This document shows positions 56,786-64,000 of a stretch of 64,000 nucleotides of DNA, piece after piece. The first letter of the stretch is position 1. The number at the start of each line of letters is the position of its first letter. Location: positions 388,516-452,515 of the forward strand of contig DASTXE010000003.1 of the NCBI GenBank assembly GCA_035765535.1, read 5' to 3'. This DNA is from Rickettsiales bacterium (lineage in GTDB: Bacteria > Pseudomonadota > Alphaproteobacteria > Rickettsiales > JABCZZ01). The notes beneath the pieces are model-generated. The model saw nothing but the letters and a program-made list of their open reading frames with translations. It searched no databases and had not been told where the DNA came from. The position numbers and the translations under genes were made by a program.

Positions 56786-57448
56786 ATGGCTTCAGCTCAT
56801 CATGCGCAGAAAAGCTCGGCAATCTACACACCGCTGATTCTAAAGCTTTACGACTGGTGGGTGCTCGGTGTTTCCAACCGCTTCGCTTGGGAATGCCCGA
56901 CGCATCAGATATTGCTGCCGTTTTTCGCCCGTCATACCAGCACCCGGCATCTGGATGTGGGCGTAGGGACAGGGTTCTATCCCGCGAATACGGAATTTCC
57001 GGCCCATGCGGAGATCACATTACTGGACCTGAACCGTAATAGCCTTGAAGCCGCCGGTGCACGCATCCCGCATATGAAGACGCAGCGCGTTCAGCATGAT
57101 ATCATGCAGCCTTTGCCGCAACAGATAGAGTTCGATTCCATTTCCCTGTTCTATCTGCTGCACTGCCTGCCGGGCAAGTTCAGCGAAAAGGAAAAAGCAA
57201 TCGCCAACCTGAAACAGAAACTTTCTCCGAGCGGAATCCTCTATGGCGCAACCATTCTGGGGGAAGAGGCAAACCATAATCGGTTCGGCAAAAAACTGAT
57301 GAAAATCTATAACCAAAAAGGCATTTTCGGCAATCAGGCCGACACAATGCAGGAGCTGAAATTCATATTGGAAAAGCATTTCAAAGAGGTGGATGTTCAA
57401 AGACACGGTAAGGTGGCGCTTTTTAGGGGCAAAGGCCTTCATGCATAA
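56786..57448 (+). CDS. Class I SAM-dependent methyltransferase
   Basis: Motif I is HLDVGVGTGFY, and the length and order fit a Rossmann-fold methyltransferase. The substrate is not inferable. Confidence 0.75.
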   Translation: MASAHHAQKSSAIYTPLILKLYDWWVLGVSNRFAWECPTHQILLPFFARHTSTRHLDVGVGTGFYPANTEFPAHAEITLLDLNRNSLEAAGARIPHMKTQRVQHDIMQPLPQQIEFDSISLFYLLHCLPGKFSEKEKAIANLKQKLSPSGILYGATILGEEANHNRFGKKLMKIYNQKGIFGNQADTMQELKFILEKHFKEVDVQRHGKVALFRGKGLHA

Positions 57449-57530
57449 CCTTAATCTGCTAGTTCGCTTTTGTTGAATATCAATTTTGTTCCGTATATTA
57501 TGGAGAATATATGGCTCAGCAGGCGGCAAT

Positions 57531-58604
57531 ATGCGTTTTTTGTATTTCTTGATAGCGTTACCTTTCTTCTCCGTACAAGCTTACGCAGATTCCTTGCATC
57601 CCCCTCCAGGCTACTACCAACCGGTTATCGAGAAAAAAAGAGAATCCTTTACTTGTGAAACACCGCCCCCTCCTTTTACTGGCACTTTGGCTTTTACAAG
57701 TAAGTATCAAGGTTCCGGCCCTTCCCAGGATCAACTGAACCCTCAAGCCTTTGCTGAATATCAAGAGTCAACCAAAGCCGTTGATGATCTTGAAAAAGGG
57801 ATTGTGGTGATGACGAATAAATATATGAAGCAGGGCGACCCACAAAGATTAGAATGTATACTTTCCTGGATGGCAGCATGGAGCGATGCGCATGCTCTGG
57901 AGCAACCTACGAATGATTACATGGGAAAAGCGGTAAGGAAATGGGCACTGGGAAGCCTAAGCGGTGCCTATCTTCGCCTGGAATTTTCACGTTCTGAGCC
58001 ATTACAGGCCTACCCTGAGCAGAATAAAAAGATAGAAGCATGGTTAGGACGATTAGGTGAACAGGTGATGTCCGACTGGAACATAGATTCATCTTCCTCG
58101 CACAAGATCAATAACCATTATTACTGGGCTGCATGGGCGGTAATGGCCACTTCGGTCGTGCTCAACAGGCAGGACATGTTCGATTGGTCGCTTAAAACAT
58201 ATGATTACTTTACTACTCAGGTAGATAAAGACGGATATCTACCCAATGAGTTAGCACGCAAGACCAGAGCATTTAGTTATCACCAGTATGCTCTGTTACC
58301 GCTTTCAATGATAGCGGCTTTTGCTAGAGCAAATAATATCAATGAAGCAAGCAGAGGAAATAATGCGATTGGTCGCGTGGCAAAAGTAGTACTGAAGGGA
58401 ATGGATGATAAAAGCGATTTTGAGGCCAAAACCGGAATAAAGCAGCAGACTGATGAGATTACACATAATTCAAGGCAGGCATGGATACCGCCATTTTGTT
58501 ATGCAGAACCCTGTTTTGACGCTGTAGAGCAACGATTAAATACCTACGGTGTGATCAGCAACACTAATCTTGGCGGAGAGGTTACAACTATATTCCAGCA
58601 GTAA
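57531..58604 (+). CDS. Alginate-lyase-family protein (PL5 / AlgL-like alpha/alpha barrel)
   Basis: The signal peptide is MRFLYFLIALPFFSVQAYA/DS. NNHYYWAAW matches the AlgL NNHSYW catalytic motif. The track ORF is extended upstream to 57486. Confidence 0.8.
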   Translation: MRFLYFLIALPFFSVQAYADSLHPPPGYYQPVIEKKRESFTCETPPPPFTGTLAFTSKYQGSGPSQDQLNPQAFAEYQESTKAVDDLEKGIVVMTNKYMKQGDPQRLECILSWMAAWSDAHALEQPTNDYMGKAVRKWALGSLSGAYLRLEFSRSEPLQAYPEQNKKIEAWLGRLGEQVMSDWNIDSSSSHKINNHYYWAAWAVMATSVVLNRQDMFDWSLKTYDYFTTQVDKDGYLPNELARKTRAFSYHQYALLPLSMIAAFARANNINEASRGNNAIGRVAKVVLKGMDDKSDFEAKTGIKQQTDEITHNSRQAWIPPFCYAEPCFDAVEQRLNTYGVISNTNLGGEVTTIFQQ

Positions 58605-58610
58605 TTTCTA

Positions 58611-59462
58611 TTACTGCAGTCTCATAGAGAGTGCACAGTTTATACCTGTTCCCTGATTGATACTGATAGAATAGGTGTTTGTAGTCCAGTTATAGCATGT
58701 TGTAGTGCTATCACTTGCAGCATCCGGAGAATGTTGAACCCATTCTCCCGTTAGATAACCTGTTCTCACGTTTCCTTTAAGAGGGAAGCCATCGTCTGTT
58801 TTTTGATCAATTCGGTAGGCTTGCGTTACCGACATTCCAGGATTGGTGAGCATACTGCCGTTTGTCGGTACGGATGTAACCGCGGAAATACCAAACCAAT
58901 TGTTATTATCGATCCCGTTATCAACAGTATTACTATCGTATACATAAACGAAGTTACCATTGCCTATCTTAGCGACAGGTAAAAAATTACCGATATAATA
59001 AGTTCCAGCGGTAAGAGATAACGCAGTGCTCGGGGCGCCGCACTGAACAGTAAAAATGCCAGCAGAGTTATTGGGAGATACGTCTCCAATGAGGCCTGCC
59101 ATATTTAAATCAGACCAGAATAACACAGCTTCACCTTGCTCTGTCGTATAAACAGGACCGCCGGACCAATACCCGTCAATGATTCCATTTCCATCGCGTT
59201 GGCCCAAACTAGCATTGCAACTGGTGGTAACAAATCCGAATTGATTTGCAAGAGTATTGGATAAATCCCCGGGCAATCCCCCATACTTATTTTGAAATGC
59301 ATGGACAGCGGTATTGTATTTCTCAATCTGGCTTATCTGCGCACGAATTGCAGCAGTATTGATTAAATCCTGTCCTGCCAGTATTCCTCCCACAATCAGT
59401 CCTATAATAACCAGAACAATAGAAACTTCGATGAGAGTGAAGCCGGAGTTGCGATATTGCAT
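58611..59462 (-). CDS. Prepilin-type N-terminal cleavage/methylation domain protein (second pseudopilin paralogue)
   Basis: Starts MQYRNSG/FTLIEVSIVLVIIGLIVGGILAGQDLI...AVHAFQNKYGGLPGD, parallel to the 7141-7851 protein (…AINAFDTQYNALPGD). The start is the ATG at 59462. Confidence 0.85.
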   Translation of the reverse strand: MQYRNSGFTLIEVSIVLVIIGLIVGGILAGQDLINTAAIRAQISQIEKYNTAVHAFQNKYGGLPGDLSNTLANQFGFVTTSCNASLGQRDGNGIIDGYWSGGPVYTTEQGEAVLFWSDLNMAGLIGDVSPNNSAGIFTVQCGAPSTALSLTAGTYYIGNFLPVAKIGNGNFVYVYDSNTVDNGIDNNNWFGISAVTSVPTNGSMLTNPGMSVTQAYRIDQKTDDGFPLKGNVRTGYLTGEWVQHSPDAASDSTTTCYNWTTNTYSISINQGTGINCALSMRLQ

Positions 59463-59588
59463 AATAACCAAGCGAAAATATCAATTATTTGATAGTCTTA
59501 CTATAAATTCAGACAGTTTATTATACAATATAATTAACCGGTATGGTACAACCACCAGTGTAATATACTGGATACCGTCGCTCCATTA

Positions 59589-60962
59589 CTACAACGACAA
59601 AAGCATAAATTTGAAAGTCGCTTTAAGCCCCGGCGCATTGTCTTCAAAAATAAGCTCGCCACGATGCAGCTTGGCCACGGCATCCACGAGGCTTAAGCCG
59701 AGCCCGGTGCCTGCGGAGGTGCGGCTTGCTTCCATGCGGAAGAAACGTTCCTTGACCTTGTCGTATAGATGCGGAGGGATGCCGGTGCCGTTATCGGCAA
59801 CGATGCATTCCACATATTGTTCGTTCACGCGCAGCGTCACGCTGACCTTGCCGTTCTTGGGCGTGTATTTAATCGCATTGTCGATCAAATTGGCGATCGC
59901 TTGCGTGATCAGCGGTTTATCGCCGGTGGCGGAGATGCCGGGAGGAATCGTGCTGTCCAAAGTAATATGCTTCTGTTCGGCGAGATCGCCGTAAAAATCG
60001 ATAACGTTTTCCACCACAAGCGAGAGATCGAATGTGACGAAATGCCCGCTCGCCACGCCGGACTGCGCCTGTGAAATACGCAGGATGGAATTGAGCGTTT
60101 CCACGATCATATCCACCTCTTCGATGCCCGCTTTCACATTCTCGCGCATCTTGGGAACGGGCAGGTCATGCGTAAGGATACCGTCCAGGCGGATGCGGTG
60201 GCGGTTAAGCGGTGTGCGCAGATCGTGCGCGATATTATCCGAAGCCTGTTTCAGGCCGTTGACGAGCTCGGCGATACGCGTAAGCATCCCGTTAACATTA
60301 TCGGCCAGATGATCGAATTCATCGCCGCTGCCGGTGACCGGCACTTTCACATCGAGATTGCCGCCGATCACCTGACGGCAGATCTGGTTCACCCCTTCGA
60401 GTTTCTTGCGGATAACGCCGGAAAACATCGCGCCGCCGAAGGCCGTGATAATGAAGGCGAGCACGATGCTGGCCGAGACGACGTCAAACATGATCTTGCG
60501 CGTTCGGTCGGGGCCTTTGAGACTGTAACCGACGAGAAGGCGGTAACCCCCTGGGAAAGTGCGCTCGCGCGCCAGCACATGAATGCCGCCTGCCTCCACC
60601 TGGGATTCGATGTAAAACATCATCCAGTTATCGGAATATTCCACCTCCTGCGGCCAGGCTTCCATATTGCCCACAAGCTGCTTGCCCTGATTATCCACGA
60701 GCAGGTAAATGGAAAGCCCGTCATCATCCTCTTCCAGAAATTCGCTGGTGGCCTTCTTCAGCGCATCCAGCCCGCCTGCATGGTAAATGCTCTGCGCCTG
60801 ATTGAGCTGAACGTTGATACGGTGCGTGATCTGGTTCTCAATCTCGCGCACGGTGGCGAAATAAACAAAGGTCAGGATGAAAATGATCGAAATACTGAAA
60901 AACGCCGCGTAAAGCAGGGTCAGGCGCAGGATAGTTGAGTTGAAAAGCTTGCGGGTCAGCAT
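59589..60962 (-). CDS. Sensor histidine kinase (2 TM, HAMP, HisKA, HATPase), no adjacent response regulator
   Basis: H-box: IAHDLRTPLNR. N-box: DNAIKYTP. G-boxes: DNGTGIP and GTGLGLS. A periplasmic loop of about 130 aa lies between the two TM helices. Confidence 0.9.
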   Translation of the reverse strand: MLTRKLFNSTILRLTLLYAAFFSISIIFILTFVYFATVREIENQITHRINVQLNQAQSIYHAGGLDALKKATSEFLEEDDDGLSIYLLVDNQGKQLVGNMEAWPQEVEYSDNWMMFYIESQVEAGGIHVLARERTFPGGYRLLVGYSLKGPDRTRKIMFDVVSASIVLAFIITAFGGAMFSGVIRKKLEGVNQICRQVIGGNLDVKVPVTGSGDEFDHLADNVNGMLTRIAELVNGLKQASDNIAHDLRTPLNRHRIRLDGILTHDLPVPKMRENVKAGIEEVDMIVETLNSILRISQAQSGVASGHFVTFDLSLVVENVIDFYGDLAEQKHITLDSTIPPGISATGDKPLITQAIANLIDNAIKYTPKNGKVSVTLRVNEQYVECIVADNGTGIPPHLYDKVKERFFRMEASRTSAGTGLGLSLVDAVAKLHRGELIFEDNAPGLKATFKFMLLSL

Positions 60963-61072
60963 GATTTACAATATTTAGCGGGCGGCGAGGCTGGTGGCAA
61001 GCAGCAAGCAATAAGTAACACGAAAGAAGCGAGGGTACGCGGAGGAGTTCTATACGACGACCTCGCGGGGGG

Positions 61073-61108
61073 ATTCCGGCGGAGCCGGAATGGGGGAAGC
61101 GTTCCCCC
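61073..61108 (-). terminator. Tandem perfect GC-rich hairpins just downstream of lysR (candidate terminator, no U-tract)
   Basis: ATTCCGGC-GGA-GCCGGAAT (61073-61091) abuts GGGGGAA-GCG-TTCCCCC (61092-61108), 6 nt from the lysR stop. Confidence 0.45.
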
Positions 61109-61114
61109 CTTATT

Positions 61115-62023
61115 CTAAATATCCAGAGGCATGGCCTTGCAGGACTGCGCAATCCAGTCCAGTAAGAGGTTTACCTTGGCCAGACGATAACGGTTAGGCG
61201 GCATGAGTGCGCAGATATGGCGTTGCGGCAGGGTTTCATAATCCGGCAGTAACTGCACGAGCTGACCAGCCTGAAGGTGTGTCGCCACGCAGAACATCGG
61301 CAATATGGCAATACCGACGCCATCCAAAGCTGCCTGCAGCATCATGCTGGCGTTGTTGGAGCGGAATGCCCCCGTATAGCGGAACATGCCGGTTCGTCCT
61401 TGCGGTGTGCGGTAATGCCATTGCGCCGTGCCGCCTTGGTTGGTGTAGGCGATCATGCGGTGTTGCTTGAGATCAGCAGGCGTTTCTGGCAAACCATGTT
61501 GCTCAAGGTAAGCTGGTGATGCAACAATAGGGTGAGGCGGACAGGCGGCCAGATGACGGCAGATAAGCGAGGAATCCGTCGGTGCGCCGACACGGATGGC
61601 AATGTCGAACCCTTCCGCCAGCACGTCGATCATCTTATCATCCAGCACGATTTCCAGCGTGATATCCGGATATTTCTTGGCAAAACCGGAAAGCACAGGC
61701 AGCAGGTGCACCAGGCTGAAGGAAACCGGTGCGCTGATTTTTAACGCGCCTTGCGGTGCCATACGCATATTGCGCAATTGCTCGGCGGCATCCTGCATCT
61801 GCTCAAGCGCAAGCCGTGCGCTCTCATAATAAATATGGCCCTCGTCCGTAAGCGTAACGAGACGTGTCGTACGGTGCAGCAGTTTTACGCCGAGTTCCGC
61901 TTCCAGCGCCATGACCTGTTTGCTCGCAGCGGGACCGGTAATGCCCAGCGCCTTGGCGGCCTTAGCAAAGCTTTGCCGCCGCGCCACTTCTACAAAGATT
62001 TCCGTACGTCCGATGGTAGGCAT
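61115..62023 (-). CDS. LysR-family transcriptional regulator
   Basis: The HTH is FVEVARRQSFAKAAKALGITGPAASKQVMALEAELGVKLLHRTTR. A LysR substrate-binding domain follows. It is divergent from the pirin/SDR genes. Confidence 0.92.
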   Translation of the reverse strand: MPTIGRTEIFVEVARRQSFAKAAKALGITGPAASKQVMALEAELGVKLLHRTTRLVTLTDEGHIYYESARLALEQMQDAAEQLRNMRMAPQGALKISAPVSFSLVHLLPVLSGFAKKYPDITLEIVLDDKMIDVLAEGFDIAIRVGAPTDSSLICRHLAACPPHPIVASPAYLEQHGLPETPADLKQHRMIAYTNQGGTAQWHYRTPQGRTGMFRYTGAFRSNNASMMLQAALDGVGIAILPMFCVATHLQAGQLVQLLPDYETLPQRHICALMPPNRYRLAKVNLLLDWIAQSCKAMPLDI

Positions 62024-62163
62024 ATTTCTATCCTCAAGTTAATTTCCTCGGAGGGAGGAGCGCAGCGACGACTAGCGACCAAGCGGGAGCGTGAGCCTCA
62101 CGTGGCGCCCAAGACGCTTTAGCGTCTGAACGCAATCCATATTAATTAATAACTAAAAATTAC

Positions 62164-62181
62164 TAATATAGTGCAATATTA
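62164..62181. promoter_or_regulatory. Candidate LysR-type binding dyad
   Basis: TAATAT-AGTGCA-ATATTA lies in the lysR/pirin divergent intergenic region. Confidence 0.35.
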
Positions 62182-62246
62182 TTATATTATCATTTTTTAG
62201 GAAAGAGTTAAGATGGCCTTATTCACCACACGAAAGGAGACATATT

Positions 62247-62966
62247 ATGATTAAAGTATATCCTTATAATGCGCTGGGCCACGCCGATCACGGCTGGCTG
62301 GACGCAAGGCATCATTTCAGCTTCGCACGTTACTGGAACCCACAAAGAGTCGGCTTCGGCACATTGCGCGTGATCAATGACGACCGCGTTCAGGCCGGCA
62401 TGGGTTTTGGCACTCATCCGCACGATAATATGGAAATCATTACCTATGTGCGCAAGGGGGCTATCTCGCATCGCGACAGTATGGGCAATGAAGGCCGCAC
62501 AGAGGCGGGTGATGTTCAGGTCATGAGTGCTGGCACGGGAGTCTTTCACTCCGAATATAATCTGGAGCCGGAAGACACGACGCTATACCAGATATGGATC
62601 CAGCCGAACCGTCGCGATGTGACACCGCGCTGGGAAAGCCAGCAGTTTCCGAAAGAACCCGTGCAGGGCAGCCTGAAAGTGCTCGTCTCCGGGCAGGCAC
62701 AACATGCCGGAAGCGATGCGCTGATGATCTATCAGGATGCGGCGATTTACGGTGGCCGCCTGCTGAAAGGCACACAAGTCACGCAAACGATCCGCCATCA
62801 GGCCTATGTGCTGGCATCCATCGGCAGCATCACGCTGAACGGCAAGACACTGCAGCAGGGTGACGGTGCGGAAGTCACGGACGAGAAAGAACTTTCCATT
62901 ATTGCGCAAAGCGATGCGGAAGTGATCGTGATCGATGTGCCTGCCGGTTCCGCTGCACAACATTAA
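62247..62966 (+). CDS. Pirin-family protein (YhhW-like bicupin)
   Basis: AAGGAG precedes the ATG. GFGTHPHDNMEIITYV carries the cupin metal-binding HxH...E pattern. Length is 239 aa. Confidence 0.88.
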   Translation: MIKVYPYNALGHADHGWLDARHHFSFARYWNPQRVGFGTLRVINDDRVQAGMGFGTHPHDNMEIITYVRKGAISHRDSMGNEGRTEAGDVQVMSAGTGVFHSEYNLEPEDTTLYQIWIQPNRRDVTPRWESQQFPKEPVQGSLKVLVSGQAQHAGSDALMIYQDAAIYGGRLLKGTQVTQTIRHQAYVLASIGSITLNGKTLQQGDGAEVTDEKELSIIAQSDAEVIVIDVPAGSAAQH

Positions 62967-62994
62967 TAACAACGATAATAAAAAGGAGAAGGTT

Positions 62995-63738
62995 ATGAGC
63001 AAAACACTTTCAGGAAAAACTGCACTCGTTACAGGCGGTTCACGCGGCATTGGTGCAGCGATTGTCAGGCGGCTGGCAAGGGATGGGGCGCAGGTTGCGT
63101 TCACCTATGGCAAGTCTGCCGCCGAAGCGGAATCGCTTGTAAAAGAACTGACGGCAACAGGTGCGAAAGCGAAAGCCTACCGCGCGGATGCTGCCGACGC
63201 TAAAGCACTTTCAGCGCTTGTGCAGAATGTGCTGAAGGATTACAGCAGCATCGACATCCTCGTCAATAATGCAGGTGTCGCGGAAGGTGGTCTGATCGGT
63301 GAAATCACGCTGGAGCAATATAACAAAGTGTTCAGCGTGAATGTGGAGGCGGTATTTGCTTTGACTAACGAAGTCGTACCCCATTTGAAATCCGGTAGCC
63401 GTATCGTCAATATCAGCTCGATTCTTGGCGAACGTGCAATCATGCCAGCATTCGGCGTCTATAACGCGTCGAAATTTGCAGTCACAGGTTTCACACGCAG
63501 CTGGGCGAAGGACCTTGGAGCAAAGGGTATTCTCGTTAATGCCGTGCAGCCTGGGCCGATTGCAACCGATATGAATCCGGAAGACAGCGACCATGCGGAC
63601 TCGCAGCGTGCAATGACAGCTCTGGGGCGTTATGGCAGACCTGAGGAGATTGCCGCAGCGGTTTCATTTTTTGCCGGACCGGATGCGAGCTTCATCACGG
63701 GCGCGACGTTGAATGTCGATGGCGGGGCGAATGCGTAA
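62995..63738 (+). CDS. Short-chain dehydrogenase/reductase (SDR)
   Basis: AAGGAG precedes the ATG at 62995. Contains TGGSRGIGAAI (TGxxxGxG), NNAG and YNASK (YxxxK). The track ORF is extended upstream to 62935. Confidence 0.9.
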   Translation: MSKTLSGKTALVTGGSRGIGAAIVRRLARDGAQVAFTYGKSAAEAESLVKELTATGAKAKAYRADAADAKALSALVQNVLKDYSSIDILVNNAGVAEGGLIGEITLEQYNKVFSVNVEAVFALTNEVVPHLKSGSRIVNISSILGERAIMPAFGVYNASKFAVTGFTRSWAKDLGAKGILVNAVQPGPIATDMNPEDSDHADSQRAMTALGRYGRPEEIAAAVSFFAGPDASFITGATLNVDGGANA

Positions 63739-63762
63739 GGAATAATAGAAGATAGAGCTGCA

Positions 63763-63822
63763 GCGGCCGTTCGTGGTGCATCGGGCACAAAAGGAAAAAC
63801 TTCTTCCTTCACGAACGGCCGC
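63763..63822 (+). terminator. Long compound hairpin after the SDR gene
   Basis: The 13-bp arms GCGGCCGTTCGTG and CACGAACGGCCGC enclose a 34-nt loop that contains an inner AAGGAA/TTCCTT stem. Confidence 0.45.
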
Positions 63823-63840
63823 CTGGTTCAGTTCAGCTCA

Positions 63841-63863
63841 GCACGCAGTGTGTTACTGCGTGC
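63841..63863 (-). terminator. Perfect 9-bp hairpin overlapping the stop codon of the right-edge ORF
   Basis: GCACGCAGT-GTGTT-ACTGCGTGC. Confidence 0.35.
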
Positions 63864-64000
63864 AACCGCCTCCGGTGACTCCGGGAGCGGCGCTGTTTGC
63901 AGGGACGTCCTTGATCTCGGCGTCGACCGCGTCGGTGGTCTGCGCCTTCCAGGCCGTGACAAACGCCGTCAGACCCGCGGAAGCCGCGTTCCGGGCGGTG
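63853..64000 (-). CDS. C-terminal fragment of an unknown high-GC ORF entering from the right edge
   Basis: My translation is ...TARNAASAGLTAFVTAWKAQTTDAVDAEIKDVPANSAAPGVTGGGCTQ*. The frame is open to the edge, and most codons end in G or C, unlike neighbouring genes. Confidence 0.35.
   Translation of the reverse strand, partial: TARNAASAGLTAFVTAWKAQTTDAVDAEIKDVPANSAAPGVTGGGCTQ

Noticed and set aside
63630-63812. A 60-aa minus-strand ORF spanning the SDR 3' end and the long hairpin.
   Set aside because: It is antisense to a well-supported SDR gene and runs through terminator-like structure. It has no RBS or motif.
1-64000. A search for CRISPR arrays, IS elements or transposases, rRNA, retron or DGR reverse transcriptases and classical toxin-antitoxin pairs.
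   Set aside because: By eye I found no regularly spaced direct repeats. No ORF has transposase, integrase, RT or Cas-like motifs. Without tools, short or degenerate repeats could have been missed.

Overview
The window is a 64-kb chromosomal segment from a Gram-negative bacterium. Gene content looks proteobacterial, possibly alphaproteobacterial, but I cannot assign it from sequence alone. Hand counts of single 60-nt lines suggest roughly 50-55% GC. I call about 55 protein genes and one tRNA-Leu(UAA). I found no rRNA, CRISPR array, transposase or integrase.

Housekeeping anchors are aroK-aroB, an EamA transporter and the tRNA. Between them lie envelope and accessory blocks:
- 0-8.4 kb: a six-gene glycosyltransferase (GT) locus. 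It includes a PqqD-like protein, a GT2 with a long Q/E/W-rich coiled coil, a GT2-GT4 fusion and a translationally coupled pseudopilin.
- 13-16 kb: a lipoprotein, a small Cys-containing protein and a leaderless phosphoesterase-type phospholipase C.
- 16-24 kb: the classical alpha-2-macroglobulin/PbpC pair.
- 24.3-28.2 kb: a 1307-aa protein with a eukaryote-like RNI-type leucine-rich-repeat (LRR) N-terminus, an unknown C-terminus and mosaic base composition.
- 30.7 kb: an orphan Flp pilin that is missing from the ORF track.
- 32-37 kb: a TonB-dependent receptor, PQQ glucose dehydrogenase and SCO1.
- 37.8-40.9 kb: a SpoT-type HD hydrolase with a novel C-terminus, next to a phage-tail-fibre-like LamG protein and a ConA-fold lyase-like protein.
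- 41-48 kb: a TetR-controlled RND efflux operon with two matching operator candidates.
- 50-57 kb: a TonB receptor, YfiR-like protein, NIT-PAS kinase, single-domain response regulator and hybrid kinase, with no output domain.
- 57.5-59.5 kb: a PL5 alginate-lyase-like gene and a second pseudopilin paralogue.
- The last ~150 nt are much more GC-rich.

The many long antisense ORFs are codon-aligned shadows, because TTA, CTA and TCA codons are avoided in the sense genes.
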